A stretch of DNA of 48,781 bases from Octopus bimaculoides (lineage: Eukaryota): contig NC_068998.1 in NCBI RefSeq assembly GCF_001194135.2, positions 55,055,791-55,104,571 of the forward strand. The letters are read 5' to 3'. Position 1 is the first letter of the stretch. Every line of letters starts with the position of its first letter. The notes beneath the pieces were generated by a model that searched no databases, had not been told where the DNA came from, and saw only the letters and a list, made by a program, of their open reading frames with translations. The translations under genes and the position numbers were made by a program. Below, piece after piece: positions 1-11,470 of this stretch.

Positions 1-410
1 TAAAGGGAAACAACTCCTGTTGACCTTAGCACTTTCTGAATTAATTTGAATTTTAAATTATTTTAGTTTCAGATAAATTAAATTTTGTCGGACTTATTTA
101 ATGGTTATTTAATCATTGTTTTGGCAAGAATGATCGAAATATGTCTAGAAAATAAGAATATTTGTCATCAATCAATATTATTTTCTAACTCACTTCCTAC
201 TTTTAATGATTTTCATTGAAATATATCTTCCCTAAAATAGCGAAAGAATTTTGCTGCTGTAAAATATTTGCTACGGGAAACAAAACCCTGATGCTTAGAA
301 GAATGGATGTAAAATAATAAACTGCACATAACCCATGCCTGGACAGTAAGGTGGACATTAAGATGATAAGTTCATAGAAAAATAAGTGACTGATATTTGT
401 ATAAATCATC

Positions 411-670
411 ATCATTTTTCATATCATTTTCCATGGTTCTGTGGGTCAGACGGAGTTTGTTGAAGCAGATTTTTCTGCGATCAGATACCCTTCCTGCCGC
501 TCATACTTGTTTCCAGACAAAGTAATATTATCCCCACCATCAGCACCACCACTCCTCATAAACGAACATGTTTATACAGATTTGAAACGAAGGACACCGA
601 CGGAATGACGGTGACACTCGCTTCCTATTATCACAGCACACGCTCACACACACACAGACACACACACAGC
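411..670 (-). mobile_element. SINE type-2 tail fragment
   Basis: catcatcat...gaagcagattttt...gatacccttcctgcc...gaaacgaaggacacc...(CA)n; similar to 13224-13430. Confidence 0.6.
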
Positions 671-810
671 TGGCCGAAACTGAAAAAAGTCACTGTCAAT
701 AATATTCTGATTTTTAAGAATAATAAATTTATACTCTGAGTAACCGTTCAGATTAATGTAAACTTGTTTTTACAAACGAGGTACCTACCAACCCACATAC
801 ACTTACATAC

Positions 811-960
811 GGCGGGCTTCTTTCAGTTTCCGTCTACCAGATCCACTCAAAAGGTTTTGTTGGCCCAAAGATATAGTAGAAGACACTTGCCGAAGACGAC
901 ACGCAGTAGGACTGAACCCGAAAACATGTGATTGAGAAGCAAACTTCTTAACACATAGCC
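811..960 (-). mobile_element. SINE family A head and core
   Basis: gggcttctttcagtttccgtctacc...gacacttgcc...actgaaccc; reverse complement of the 7469 head and core. Confidence 0.85.
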
Positions 961-1501
961 AACAATACATAACGTATATAAGTGTGTGTGTGTTATTGTT
1001 GAATGATAGAATAAGAAGAGAATGAAGATTGTACAGATTTAGCATTTTAACATTCTGTCTAAAAAGTTTCATAATTTAATTATATCAATGAATTAACTGA
1101 TGAAAATTTCAACAAAAGGTGATGAGCCATCAGTTGAAGGATGAAATCGTCGAAACACGGGGAAAAGATAAATTAACAGGAATTATCTCCCTTTGACTGC
1201 AAACTTTTGTCATTACGTCTTTGACTTCTTTTGTCAGGAATATTTCGTTTTTGTATTTGGTTTGCAAGATTCCTGATCTGAATTCATGTATTGAAACAGG
1301 TTTTGTTATATCTCGGGACGGTCATTATGCCAGTAATAAATACGCGCACTAGTTCTATTTCACTTTTATTATTATAAGTCAATTTGGTTAAAAATTTAAT
1401 CAAATCGATTGTCTGAAAGATTAATCAACGGATTAGTTAATTAGTTAAATGGTTAACTTGATAACTCATAATAATAATAATGATGATAATATTCTCTATT
1501 T

Positions 1502-1743
1502 TAGGCACAAGGCCAGCAATTTCAAGGTAGGGGTATAAGTCGCATTCGACTCATACCCTGACCCCCGAAATTGATGGCCTTGTGCCTAGAACTCCAGTCT
1601 TGAAATGCTATTTTTTTTATCAACCCAGAAAAGATGAAAGGCAAAATCCACCTCAATGGAATTTGGACTCAAAACATGAAGACGGACGAAATGCTACAAA
1701 GCATTTCGTCCAGCATGCTGACGACTCTGCCAGCTCGCTGCCT
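1502..1743 (-). mobile_element. tRNA-derived SINE family B (Nin/Deu-domain-like) with a fold-back 3' end
   Basis: gatgaaaggcaaaatccacctcaatggaatttggactc...gactctgccagctcgctgcc is the reverse complement of a tRNA-like head followed by ctttgcctttcatc, a motif resembling the Nin/Deu SINE central domain. The family name is from recall, not a search. Confidence 0.75.
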
Positions 1744-2128
1744 TAATGATAATAATAATAATAATTCTTTTTCTTTTAGTTGTTTCAGTCATTTGACTGC
1801 AGCCATATTGGAGCACCGCCTTTTGTTGAAGAAATCGTCCCAGGGACTTATTNNNNNNNNNNNNNNNNNNNNNNNNNNNNNNNNNNNNNNNNNNNNNNNN
1901 NNNNNNNNNNNNNNNNNNNNNNNNNNNNNNNNNNNNNNNNNNNNNNNNNNNNNNNNNNNNNNNNNNNNNNNNNNNNNNNNNNNNNNNNNNNNNNNNNNNN
2001 NNNNNNNNNNNNNNNNNNNNNNNNNNNNNNNNNNNNNNNNNNNNNNNNNNNNNNNNNNNNNNNNNNNNNNNNNNNNNNNNNNNNNNNNNNNNNNNNNNNN
2101 TATATATATTGCTCAGTTGTATACTGTA

Positions 2129-2223
2129 CGATGGGCTTCTTTCAGTTTCCGTCTACCAAATCCACTCACAAAGCTTTGGTCAGCCCGAGGCTATATAGTA
2201 GCAGACACTTGCCCAAGGTGCCA
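2129..2223 (-). mobile_element. SINE family A core (5'-truncated)
   Basis: gggcttctttcagtttccgtctaccaaatccactcacaaagctttgg...cacttgcccaaggtgcca. Confidence 0.85.
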
Positions 2224-2236
2224 TACTTCCACATAC

Positions 2237-3990
2237 TTTTGCACATTCGGTCCAATTGCTGTTACTTCTGCCTCATACATGAGTTTCCATATGACAGTGG
2301 CAGTATGTTGTAACATCCCTGCTTCTCTCAAATGTGGGTCTCTACCTACTGATATCTTTTATACGTTGGGTGCACAGCTAAAGAAAACCCTTGAGATGTG
2401 CCTATTAAATATTTGACAAAAAGCTATTTGGATGAGGGAAGTGTTTGTCTCCTAAACTAAGGAAAATCTTACCCACACGGCTTTTAACACTTAAGGAGAA
2501 GGGTGGTGTGAACCAAAACATTTTCATGTGACATTTTTCTTCGAGGGATTAGGGTCTAACATACAACTAATCCTTTCCTTAAAATTTGCACTTATTCTTC
2601 AAATGAAATCTGCACTTTTCCATATCACCTGTTTCAACATAACTGTAATATATTATATACAAACTATGCCATTTTAATCCCGAGCAATGCCGGGTGTATA
2701 TTGGAGATGTATATTGTTTTCTATTATAATTTCATTTATATCTAGAATGACTTTTAGGAATCACTCTGCAACTTATGACTGTTATTTTATTTTATTGACC
2801 TCAACAGAACTCAAGACAAAGTTGAGAATAGAGAAAGTCATAAGTAAACAAAAACTAGGCATTTTGGTCAAATTTCAATCATTCTGCTAATCCATTGATG
2901 TAAAGTTATTCCGTATCCACCAGCAAAATTACTTATAATCACTATTAGATCAAGATTAACCTTTTCTTTAGATAATCTTTTCATAAAGCTCTGCTTTATT
3001 TATCCTTACCTGTTCAATATGTTACAAACAACTGCTGAGAGGATGATGGACAACAAATGAAAGGGTCTAAAGACCCCATATTTTGTTACCAATATTCTGA
3101 TGCCCCTGGAATTTCCTCAACTCTAAGGTTGTCCATTGGACTCTGGGAACTTTCATGAACAACACTGGTGACAGGGAGCTCACAATAAACAGAACCTACT
3201 AAAATGAATAAATAATAGAGTTTTGGACGACATTTGAGAAGAGAAAAATGAATAGAAAACTAGGGCAAAGCTACCTTTGACAATAAAAAAAGATTACTTT
3301 TTATATTTTCCAGTTAACTGACTCTTTGTTAGGTTTTCTTACTGCTTTAAAAGATAAGACTCTTTTTAAGCTACTGAGCTTAACATTTTGTACTGATTTA
3401 CTTTAATTAATAAATACTTTATACACACGCACATACACAAACACACACACACACACACTCACACACACACATATATACATACACACACGTATATAAACTG
3501 TTCTCTACAAAGCTATTTGCCAGAATCTTCTTTATTATTAGATTTCATTACATAATAAACATGCTTATGGCACCAGTTATTGTTTATCTGAAACAGCTGT
3601 AAAGATAACACTTGTCACATTAGTCATTTATTTGTACATTCAACTAAACATGTGAATACATTCTTTACTTACTTTTACTTATCTGCCTTTACACACACAC
3701 ACACACATACACATGTATATACGTTATATATATATATATAATGAGCAAACTCGCTAGTTTTAAAATCTCTCAATGAGATATGAGTAGTAACGATACTAAA
3801 CAGTAAAGTTTATTTGCCAACATTGTGTGACTATTCTATCCAGAACTAGGTTACTACCTTTTGACTCCAGGAAAACCTCTTTCCCAGCACAAAAATTTGT
3901 TTCCACTGATGAGAAAGGTGTACAATCCTTCAGCACACAGCTTGACTCACCTGTGGCTGATCCAATGGCAAGGAGAAGATCCCAGGGTGA
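2237..3990 (-). pseudogene. Candidate three-exon chain (3990-3951, 3195-3090, 2377-2237) with one in-frame TAA; identity unknown
   Basis: Each segment has AG/GT boundaries and the phases chain 0-1, 1-2, 2-2. Peptide: SPWDLLLAIGSATGSVYCELPVTSVVHESSQSPMDNLRVEEIPGASEYCCAPNV*KISVGRDPHLREAGMLQHTATVIWKLMYEAEVTAIGPNVQ. It could be chance. Confidence 0.18.
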
Positions 3991-4030
3991 CTGCGGTGGG
4001 GGACAAGATGCAGTGTTCACATTATGGAAG
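3844..4030 (+). CDS. Candidate internal exon, product unknown
   Basis: Acceptor tattctatccag and donor AAG|gtaagg. Two of three frames are open, e.g. LGYYLLTPGKPLSQHKNLFPLMRKVYNPSAHSLTHLWLIQWQGEDPRVTAVGDKMQCSHYG. GC is higher than in the flanks. No homology recognised. Confidence 0.22.
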
Positions 4031-6390
4031 GTAAGGCAGGGCTTAGTCGCCATGCTAGTTGACCCATAGCCGGGGCCCTAACAGGTGCTACTACACCAGG
4101 TCATAGTAGATCTGGGCACAATAATGGTTTGAAGTTTGTGCCACACTCCTCAACACCAAAATACCACAAAGCTGGATGCAGTCAGACAGGCATGAATTTA
4201 TCTCTGTATTGTAATTTGCATATACTGTATAGAGATAGGTATCATTCTCCCTCTCTCCCTCCCTTTCTCTTTACACACACACACACATGCATATAGCAGT
4301 ACCCCAGGTACAGGATATAGGATATTCACAACCAGGAATCAAGAACCGACACTGATTCGCTGTGAAATGGTGTCACACGCCCCAACAATAAACTGGAGGA
4401 AAATCTGGAAAACTTCTTTCTTCACCATTTTTTGTCTCTCAACACAATTGAAGGCCAACTTTCAAATGTGTTGACTCATAACAATACTGTGAAGAGTTTA
4501 TTGTTGTTGTTGCTGCTGCTTTTTCTTCTGTTGCTGCTGCTGATGATGATGATGCTACTGTTGCCATTGTTCTTCAAACTGATGTCAGCCCTGATCCTTG
4601 AGAAATTTGTTCCACTGATGACTATCCTATCTTATATTTATTTATTTATCATTGATACAGTCCAATGGGACCGGGCAATGTGTGGTTTGAGGGATTTTGG
4701 CTGTTATTACTAACAGAATCAAGTGGCCTAAGACAAGAAGAGTCTCAGAAGCTTGTGAAAAGAAAATTGAATAAAATCCTTAAACTTGATATTTCTAGTC
4801 TTTTAGCTGTGGATTCCAGTTAGTCAAGTATCTCCAGTCTTCACATGCTTCATGCTCAGAATTGTCTAAGCATGCAATAAACTGCTCATTGTCCATTGTT
4901 AGCTGCCAGAACATTGCAGCCTTCAAAAATTCCATGCTTCCTAAAGTTCCCCAGAAATATTCCTGATATGCCCATCCACCCTCTCCTCTTTATGGTTCGA
5001 TTAATGATCTCTCTTTTCTGAGTTTTTTTTCTTTTTCATTTTATTCCATGTACTCTGCATGTACTTCAGGCCTTCATTGCTTTCTTTCTGTACTTCACTT
5101 ATTGATGCAGTTGGTCCCCTCTTTCACTCTTTTTTGGTGGCATGTGGTGCACCTGACCACTGCATACAATAAACTCACTACTACTACTACTACAACATTA
5201 CGAATCATGTGCAGTTAATGTTCTAGGATCAGTGCTGTGTATTACATGTTTGTGTGTGTGTGAGGGGAGAGCTAAATAAATGTCTCTCGGAATCAGAGAG
5301 AACTCTGAAGACATGGCTGTTGTTGTTGTTGTTATCGCTTAGCCCAAGGCTAAACCTCAAAGAGCATCTCTATGATCAAAAGCATTCCAGGCATGACCAT
5401 CCCACTGGTTTAAAGCGTATCTCTCGGATTGTACTCTCCGGTGTGTCCGTTCCACATTCACGGAAGAAGGATGTGATTTGAGGGAAACGTGTCTGATATT
5501 TCTTGCCAAGCAAGCAGCAATGTTGAATCTCTTTCTCTCATTTAGGGACACAGATCAATGGTAGGGCCTTCAATAGCAAAAGACATGGGGATTAGGTAGG
5601 GTCTCATAAGAGAGAGGAATCTCCCATGATGGACAGCACGTAAGGTCCACTGCAGGTACCATTCTCAGTGGACCCTATGTTAACTAATTTCTGAAAGCAT
5701 TACAATAACCACGGAGAGATAAATGTCTGATTGGTTTAAAGCTTACAGCAACTAAAAAGTGTCACTGCAAGGCATGTGTAATTGGTCAAGGAAAAGGCGT
5801 CAGTATATATATATATATTTCTGTGGTGTGTGTGCCTGTGCGCACGTGTGTCCTTGTGTGTGTGTGTATGTATATTTATATCTATCGATCAGTCAGCCAG
5901 TCTGTCTATCTCTTTCTTTCTCTCTTTCCCCTCACAGAAACTCTCAACACATACAAACATATCTATTGTACATTAATAATTTTATGACAAAGCAAAGCCT
6001 TCTGTAGATTTCAATCCACCCACAACAAACATGGGTGTTGGTTTTACATTTACAATTACATATTTATATCCTATCTATCTATCTGTCTGTCTGTCTGTAT
6101 ACACACACACATACACATTGTTGTGTTTGGGGAGAGTCATGCTCTTTTTAGTGCCTTATTATTTAACACACTCACCGGTTAAGTTTCCACTCATTTATTT
6201 ATTTTTCTAAAATTTTTGTTGCGTCTTGCAACCTTTTCATCATCATCATTTAATGTATATTTACCATGCTTTGACAGGATACAGAAAACTGCAGAGCTTT
6301 GCCAAGCTCAGGTGTCAACTTTAGCCTGGTTTCTACAGCTTTGTAATGCCAACCACTTTACAGAGTGCACGAAGTGCATTTTTTCATGGC

Positions 6391-6424
<34 letters not shown>

Positions 6425-6821
6425 NNNNNNNNNNNNNNNNNNNNNNNNNNNNNNNNNNNNNNNNNNNNNNNNNNNNNNNNNNNNNNNNNNNNNNNNNNNN
6501 NNNNNNNNNNNNNNNNNNNNNNNNNNNNNNNNNNNNNNNNNNNNNNNNNNNNNNNNNNNNNNNNNNNNNNNNNNNNNNNNTATATATGGATGTGTATATA
6601 TATATATATATGTATGTATATATAATGTGTGTGTGTGTGTATAAAGTGTAGAGAGAATTGTCCTTCAATGGAAGGCAAGATGATCCTATACGTGCATTTA
6701 CTGCTGTAATTAATATGTTTAGTTTTAATTTTAGTTGTTTGATGTTATTTTTCTTGATTTTCGTGAATTTGTTTTTGTCTCTGTGTAAATAATGAACTTT
6801 TGTATTGTATTTGTCTACAAG

Positions 6822-7001
6822 AATTTGACCAGTATACAAGAAACAGTGCAGATGCCAAATCTATTTCAGTTCTTGAAAATGAAACTGAAAATCTGGAAAT
6901 TTTGAATGTGGATCTAAGAAATTTATTGACTCAGACTAAATACAAACAAGAAAACCTGATAAGAAAATACAACAAATCTAAATTGAAAAGATTAACTTCA
7001 G
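6822..7001 (+). CDS. Candidate symmetric 180-nt exon encoding a coiled-coil-like peptide
   Basis: Open frame EFDQYTRNSADAKSISVLENETENLEILNVDLRNLLTQTKYKQENLIRKYNKSKLKRLTS in very AT-rich DNA. The donor is CAG|gttaga; the acceptor (ctacaag) is weak. Confidence 0.2.
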
Positions 7002-7468
7002 GTTAGACCCTGTAAAGCCACTTCACAGAGACTAAAAACTAAAAACACAATGGTTATATGCCCCAATAACTTATTTGGCTTTCAAAAATAGTTTGTGTTT
7101 GTTGTAACACATTTATACACCCAATTTTATTATTATTCTGTTTCCATTTTCTCTAGATTTTGTTACTTACAACCTAACAATTCAATTTTTTAAAAGTTTA
7201 TTCCCCACCACCTACAAATTTTGGGTGCATGTTTGTATATATGTATGCATGCAAACATGCATATAAATACACATATGTATAAATATATGTATAGTTTTAC
7301 TTAAGTTCTTCTTAAGAGAGTTTGCTGCTAACAAAGCAACATGACTTTTTATGAATGTCTGTACATGTAAAGTTGTATGAAAAAAATGAAGTGCAGCTAG
7401 TTTCAGCCCCTGTTGTGCCACTGGCGTTTATAGCTGATTGCTCTAAACCAGAACAACCTAGAAGGGCA

Positions 7469-7886
7469 GGCACGGTTGTGTGGCTGTGCTTTCCAATCAC
7501 ATGCTTCAAAGTTCAGTCCTACTGCATGGCACCTTGGGCAAGTATCTTCTACTATAGCCCCAGATCAACCAAAGCCTTGTGAATGGATTTGGTAGGCGGA
7601 AACTGAAAGAAGCCTGTTGTATATACATGTATGTGTGTGTGTGTGTGTGTGTGTATGCATGTGTACCTTTATGTTTGTGTTTGTCCCACTACCACCACTA
7701 CTACTTGACAACTTGTGTTGGTTTGTTTACATCCCATAACTTAGCAATTCGATGAAAAGTGACCTATAGAATAGTATCAGGCTTAAAAAAATAAATATTT
7801 GGGTTCATTTGTTTCAAGTAAGTCCTTGAAGGTGGTGCCCCAGGATGGCCACAGTCCATTGACTGAAACAAGTCAAAGATGAAAGA
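7469..7886 (+). mobile_element. Full-length tRNA-derived SINE (family A head and core, (TG)n, then tail type 1)
   Basis: The head has A/B-box-like tgtgtgg...agttcagtcc, the core is ggcaccttgggcaag...ggaaactgaaagaagcc, and the tail ends ggtgccccaggatggccacagtccattgactgaaacaag. Each module recurs elsewhere in the window. Confidence 0.85.
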
Positions 7887-8699
7887 CATATCATTGGTGG
7901 TTTAATTGTTTTTATTTTGCGGGGGGGTCTTTATTACATGTCTTCTGTTGTGGTGTCCATTGTTTCTATCTCTGGGACTTTGGTGAACAAACTTTCTACG
8001 TCTAATATGGAGAGACACAGACCTTTTCTCTCTGTCCCTTCTAAAATCTGTATAACAATTCCTCAGATGATTTTTCTGATTTGCTTCTTTGATGAAGCAA
8101 TCTATTTATTTGGTGACTGAATGTGGAGATGTATTTATTTGGTGTATGATACGGGTTTCATGGGGGTTCTATTGCATGAGTATTTTTATTGTCCCCTACA
8201 CACACACACACATGTATAATTTGATATATAAGGTGTATGCGTGTATAATACACATACACACACTCACTTGTGAACTTTTTTCCTGCACAATGTTTTTACT
8301 AAGTAGGACTGGACGATGTGCTACTTTGCTGTTTTAAATCTTTGTTAAATATATGCATTGGTGCCTTTTCCCATAGTAAATCAATGTTATCTATCAGCTT
8401 GCCGATCTGTCTTGGTATCTTTGGCTTATCTGTTTTAATCCCACCTCCTAATCTTTAACTAATCATTTAAAGTTGGGTGTGTTACGATAACGATTTTCTG
8501 CAATGGTGTCTTTTGTTATTACGTGAAAGGTCTGGGTGTGTCAAACAGTTTCTTTTATTGATTAACAACATTATATTATAATTTTTTTGGTGGTAAGTTT
8601 TATGCCAGTAACATTCCACTTACACTCTCCTTTGTTAGTAGTTGACCTACAACTCAAAAATTGTATGAAAAAGTTAAGAAATACTAAATAAGATAGAGC

Positions 8700-9043
8700 A
8701 AGTTAGGTTGTACATGAAGGTACAATACTCAACAACTTGTGTAGAGGCATTAAAGTCAACTGTTGCAAGGGTGAAGAAGATGCCGTAGGAGTAATTGCAG
8801 AGGTATCAAATTGCTACAGAAAGGGTCATAGCCCAACTAGTTAGAAAGAAACTGAGACTAGATGGGATACAGTTTGTTTTTCATGCCAGGGAGAAGCTCT
8901 ACCGGTGCTCTCTTCCTAGTAAGGTAATTACAGAAGTATTTAGCCAAAAATAAACCACTGTACTTGGTATTTATCAACCTGGAGAAAGCCTTCAATAGGG
9001 TCTCTCATCTCTGATTTGGTTATTGTTGAAGAAGCTAGGAATA
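8700..9043 (+). mobile_element. RTE-clade LINE fragment, reverse transcriptase N-terminal subdomains (degenerate)
   Basis: With stops and frameshifts it reads VVHEGTILNNLCRGIKVNCCKG...QFVFMPGRSSTGALFLVR*LQKYLAKNKPLYLVFINLEKAFNRV, matching the LINE RT motifs QFGFMPGRSTTDAIF and AFVDLEKAFDRV. Confidence 0.85.
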
Positions 9044-9118
9044 AAGTTGCTGAACACCGAACCACGTCGTGGTTGCCAAGTGAGCTTCTGAAGCTCACAG
9101 CCAAGTCTGCACCCCCCC

Positions 9119-9120
<2 letters not shown>

Positions 9121-9188
<68 letters not shown>
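9121..9188. repeat. (TA)n microsatellite
   Basis: An uninterrupted AT dinucleotide run; one of many (TA)n, (CA)n and (GA)n tracts in the window. Confidence 0.98.
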
Positions 9189-9192
<4 letters not shown>

Positions 9193-9379
9193 CATTATTG
9201 TTATTTTTACTTCCTTTGATATTGTCCAGATAACAAATACCTGTTCAACAACAACCAGTCATCTAGGGCACACATTGCTGAGTAATGCTATTGTGCAACA
9301 TAGCTTCTGATCCTGTTAGGTTTGGGAAACTAAAAAAGGTGACAAAGATTTTAAGAATGTAGATTACAAGGAGTGATGA

Positions 9380-9840
9380 TTATTATTATTGAACGCCATC
9401 AAAGTGACACTGGGGTACAAATACATGAAGCCAAATACACCCATCATGACTACCCGACTGATAAGGGTTACACCAGGCACATGCATCACAACCATATGTG
9501 TGCAACACGGGGATCTTTTCTTCAGGTCAAGTAGCCCATCCCACTCAAAAGGTCCCTGAATAAGGTTTTTTTAAGGATGATGAATGAAACACCCTTGTTT
9601 CCAGAGGCAAATTATTCAAACCATGAAGAATTCCTCTCAACACATGGTTATGATGCACCTCCATTCTTCCTGCTTGTGATCAGAGATACACATATCCTCA
9701 GCCACCAAGGGACATGCTCTCAGCTGGTTAAGGTCAAACAACTGACAAGCAAATCTGTGGTATTGAGCAGAATATTTGCTGTAAGCCATCTTTTATACCA
9801 AGACAAGAGTACAACTTATCTGAGACGGAAACAGAGTTAA
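9380..9840 (-). mobile_element. Probable retroelement 3' region with a (TAA)n-type tail
   Basis: A GC-richer block beginning gattattattattgaacgccatcaaagtgacactggggtac. There is no second copy in the window, so the call rests on the tail and composition. Confidence 0.35.
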
Positions 9841-9966
9841 AGCTGAAACGATTACATTTTGTGGAAAAACTGTTTTAACCATTTACAAACTGTTTCACTC
9901 GTTTTTCATTTATTACTTTTTAATTGTTTATTTTATTTATTATCTTAATTGTTGTTTCTGATTCCA

Positions 9967-10166
9967 GCACAAGGCCAGTAATTTTGTGAGAGGGTTAATC
10001 GATACACCCCCCCCCTCGAACTCAACTGGTCCTTTATTTTATTGATTCCAAAAAGATGAAAGGTGTAGTTGACCTCAGTGGTGTTTGAACTCGGGATGTA
10101 AAGGGCCACAACAAATCTCACAATGTATTTTTTCCCAACATTCTAACAATTCTGCCAGCTCCCTGC
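9967..10166 (-). mobile_element. SINE family B copy
   Basis: gcacaaggccagtaatttt...aaagatgaaaggtgtagttgacctc...tttgaactc...attctgccagctc; matches 1502-1743. Confidence 0.8.
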
Positions 10167-11052
10167 ATTTTGGATTATCACAATAATACAATCTTTTAAG
10201 AAATGAAAGAAGAAAAATATCAGAACTTTATTGTACATTCTTCAAGGCCTAAAATGTCTCTTTGTGGATGTCAGTGATCAAGTTTAAGCTCAGTTTGAAC
10301 CTTTGTCAAAAGGTAAACCTGTTGTTATGTAAGGGAGACATTGTGGACAGGAAGAAGAAGGGAAAGGGACAGACTTGGAGTGATAGGGTTAGGGAAAGAG
10401 TTAAGGGTTAGGGTTAGAGGATATCTATATGTTGTTGCTGTTGTTATTGATCAAATTAGATAAAATGGGGTAGGGGTGGGACACGATAACCTAAGAGGGG
10501 TGGAAGAAGAAAGACAGACAGACAGGCTAACAGAAAGAGAAGGTAGAGATAGGTAGGTAAGGAAGGAAGGCGGGAGGTAGATAGACAAACAGACATTTAG
10601 ATAGTGAGAGAGAGAGGGAGAGAGAGATAGAGAGAGAGAGATGGACAATGAATGTGTAGTGAAATGGTTAAAAAGTGTTGATCAGTGAAGAAGGGAACAC
10701 TTTGTCCCTGATGTGGATGCATTACATCAGAATAGTTTAACAACTGCTGAACTATTTTCTAAAAGGAAATCTAATCTAGATGTTGAAATTATAGCTTTGA
10801 GGTAAATATGTGGTCACTAGAGACAGGTAATTGATATAGAAACAGCTATCAGTTGCTGACAGTGTGACGGTTTTAGAAACCCAAATATATATATATATAT
10901 ATATATATTTAATTATTACATCATGTTGACATATTTATTACATTACTAATCAGCTAATTGTCAGATGGACTGTGGTATGTGGCTAAATTTCATAAAGAAG
11001 AGGTGACATGTCAAGCAAGGCTCTTCTGAATATATAAATAGGTCTTGAGAGG

Positions 11053-11470
11053 TGCAAGGGTGGCTGTGTGGTTAAGACATTTGTTTTGCACTCATGCACT
11101 TTCAGATTCAATCTCACTGCATGCCTCCTTGAGCAAGTTTCTTCTAGTGAAGCCTTCAATTCACTCATGTCTTCTCAACAAAATTTGGTTGATGGAAAAT
11201 ATGCAGAAGTCCATCATCATCATCATCAGTTTAATGTCCCCTTTTCCATGATTATATGAGTCAGATGGAATATGTTGAGGGAGATTTTTCTGTCTAGACT
11301 CCCTTCTTGTTACCAACTGTCACCTATTTCTAAGCAAAATAAATTTCTCCGTGGCAAAACATGCTTTCTAGAGAAAATTGGAAATGAATAGCCATCACTT
11401 CTATGACAGTGATGCTCTTTGATAGCCATCACATGATGTCAACACAATGGACACACCCATCCATGTGTGT
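11053..11470. mobile_element. Two degenerate SINE parts tail-to-tail: family A head/core (+, ~11053-11210) and a type-2 tail (-, ~11211-11470)
   Basis: gggtggctgtgtggttaag...ttgagcaag... is followed directly by (CAT)n gtttaatgtcc..., which resembles 411-660 and 13224-13430. Confidence 0.65.

Noticed and set aside
2237-4030. Short resemblances to BBS9 (KLMYE, QCSxxG)
   Set aside because: The matches are a few residues long, on opposite strands, and the surrounding sequence does not align.
7469-7545. tRNA-like sequences at SINE heads
   Set aside because: Degenerate A/B boxes are fused to SINE cores; I could not build an intact cloverleaf, so no tRNA gene is called.
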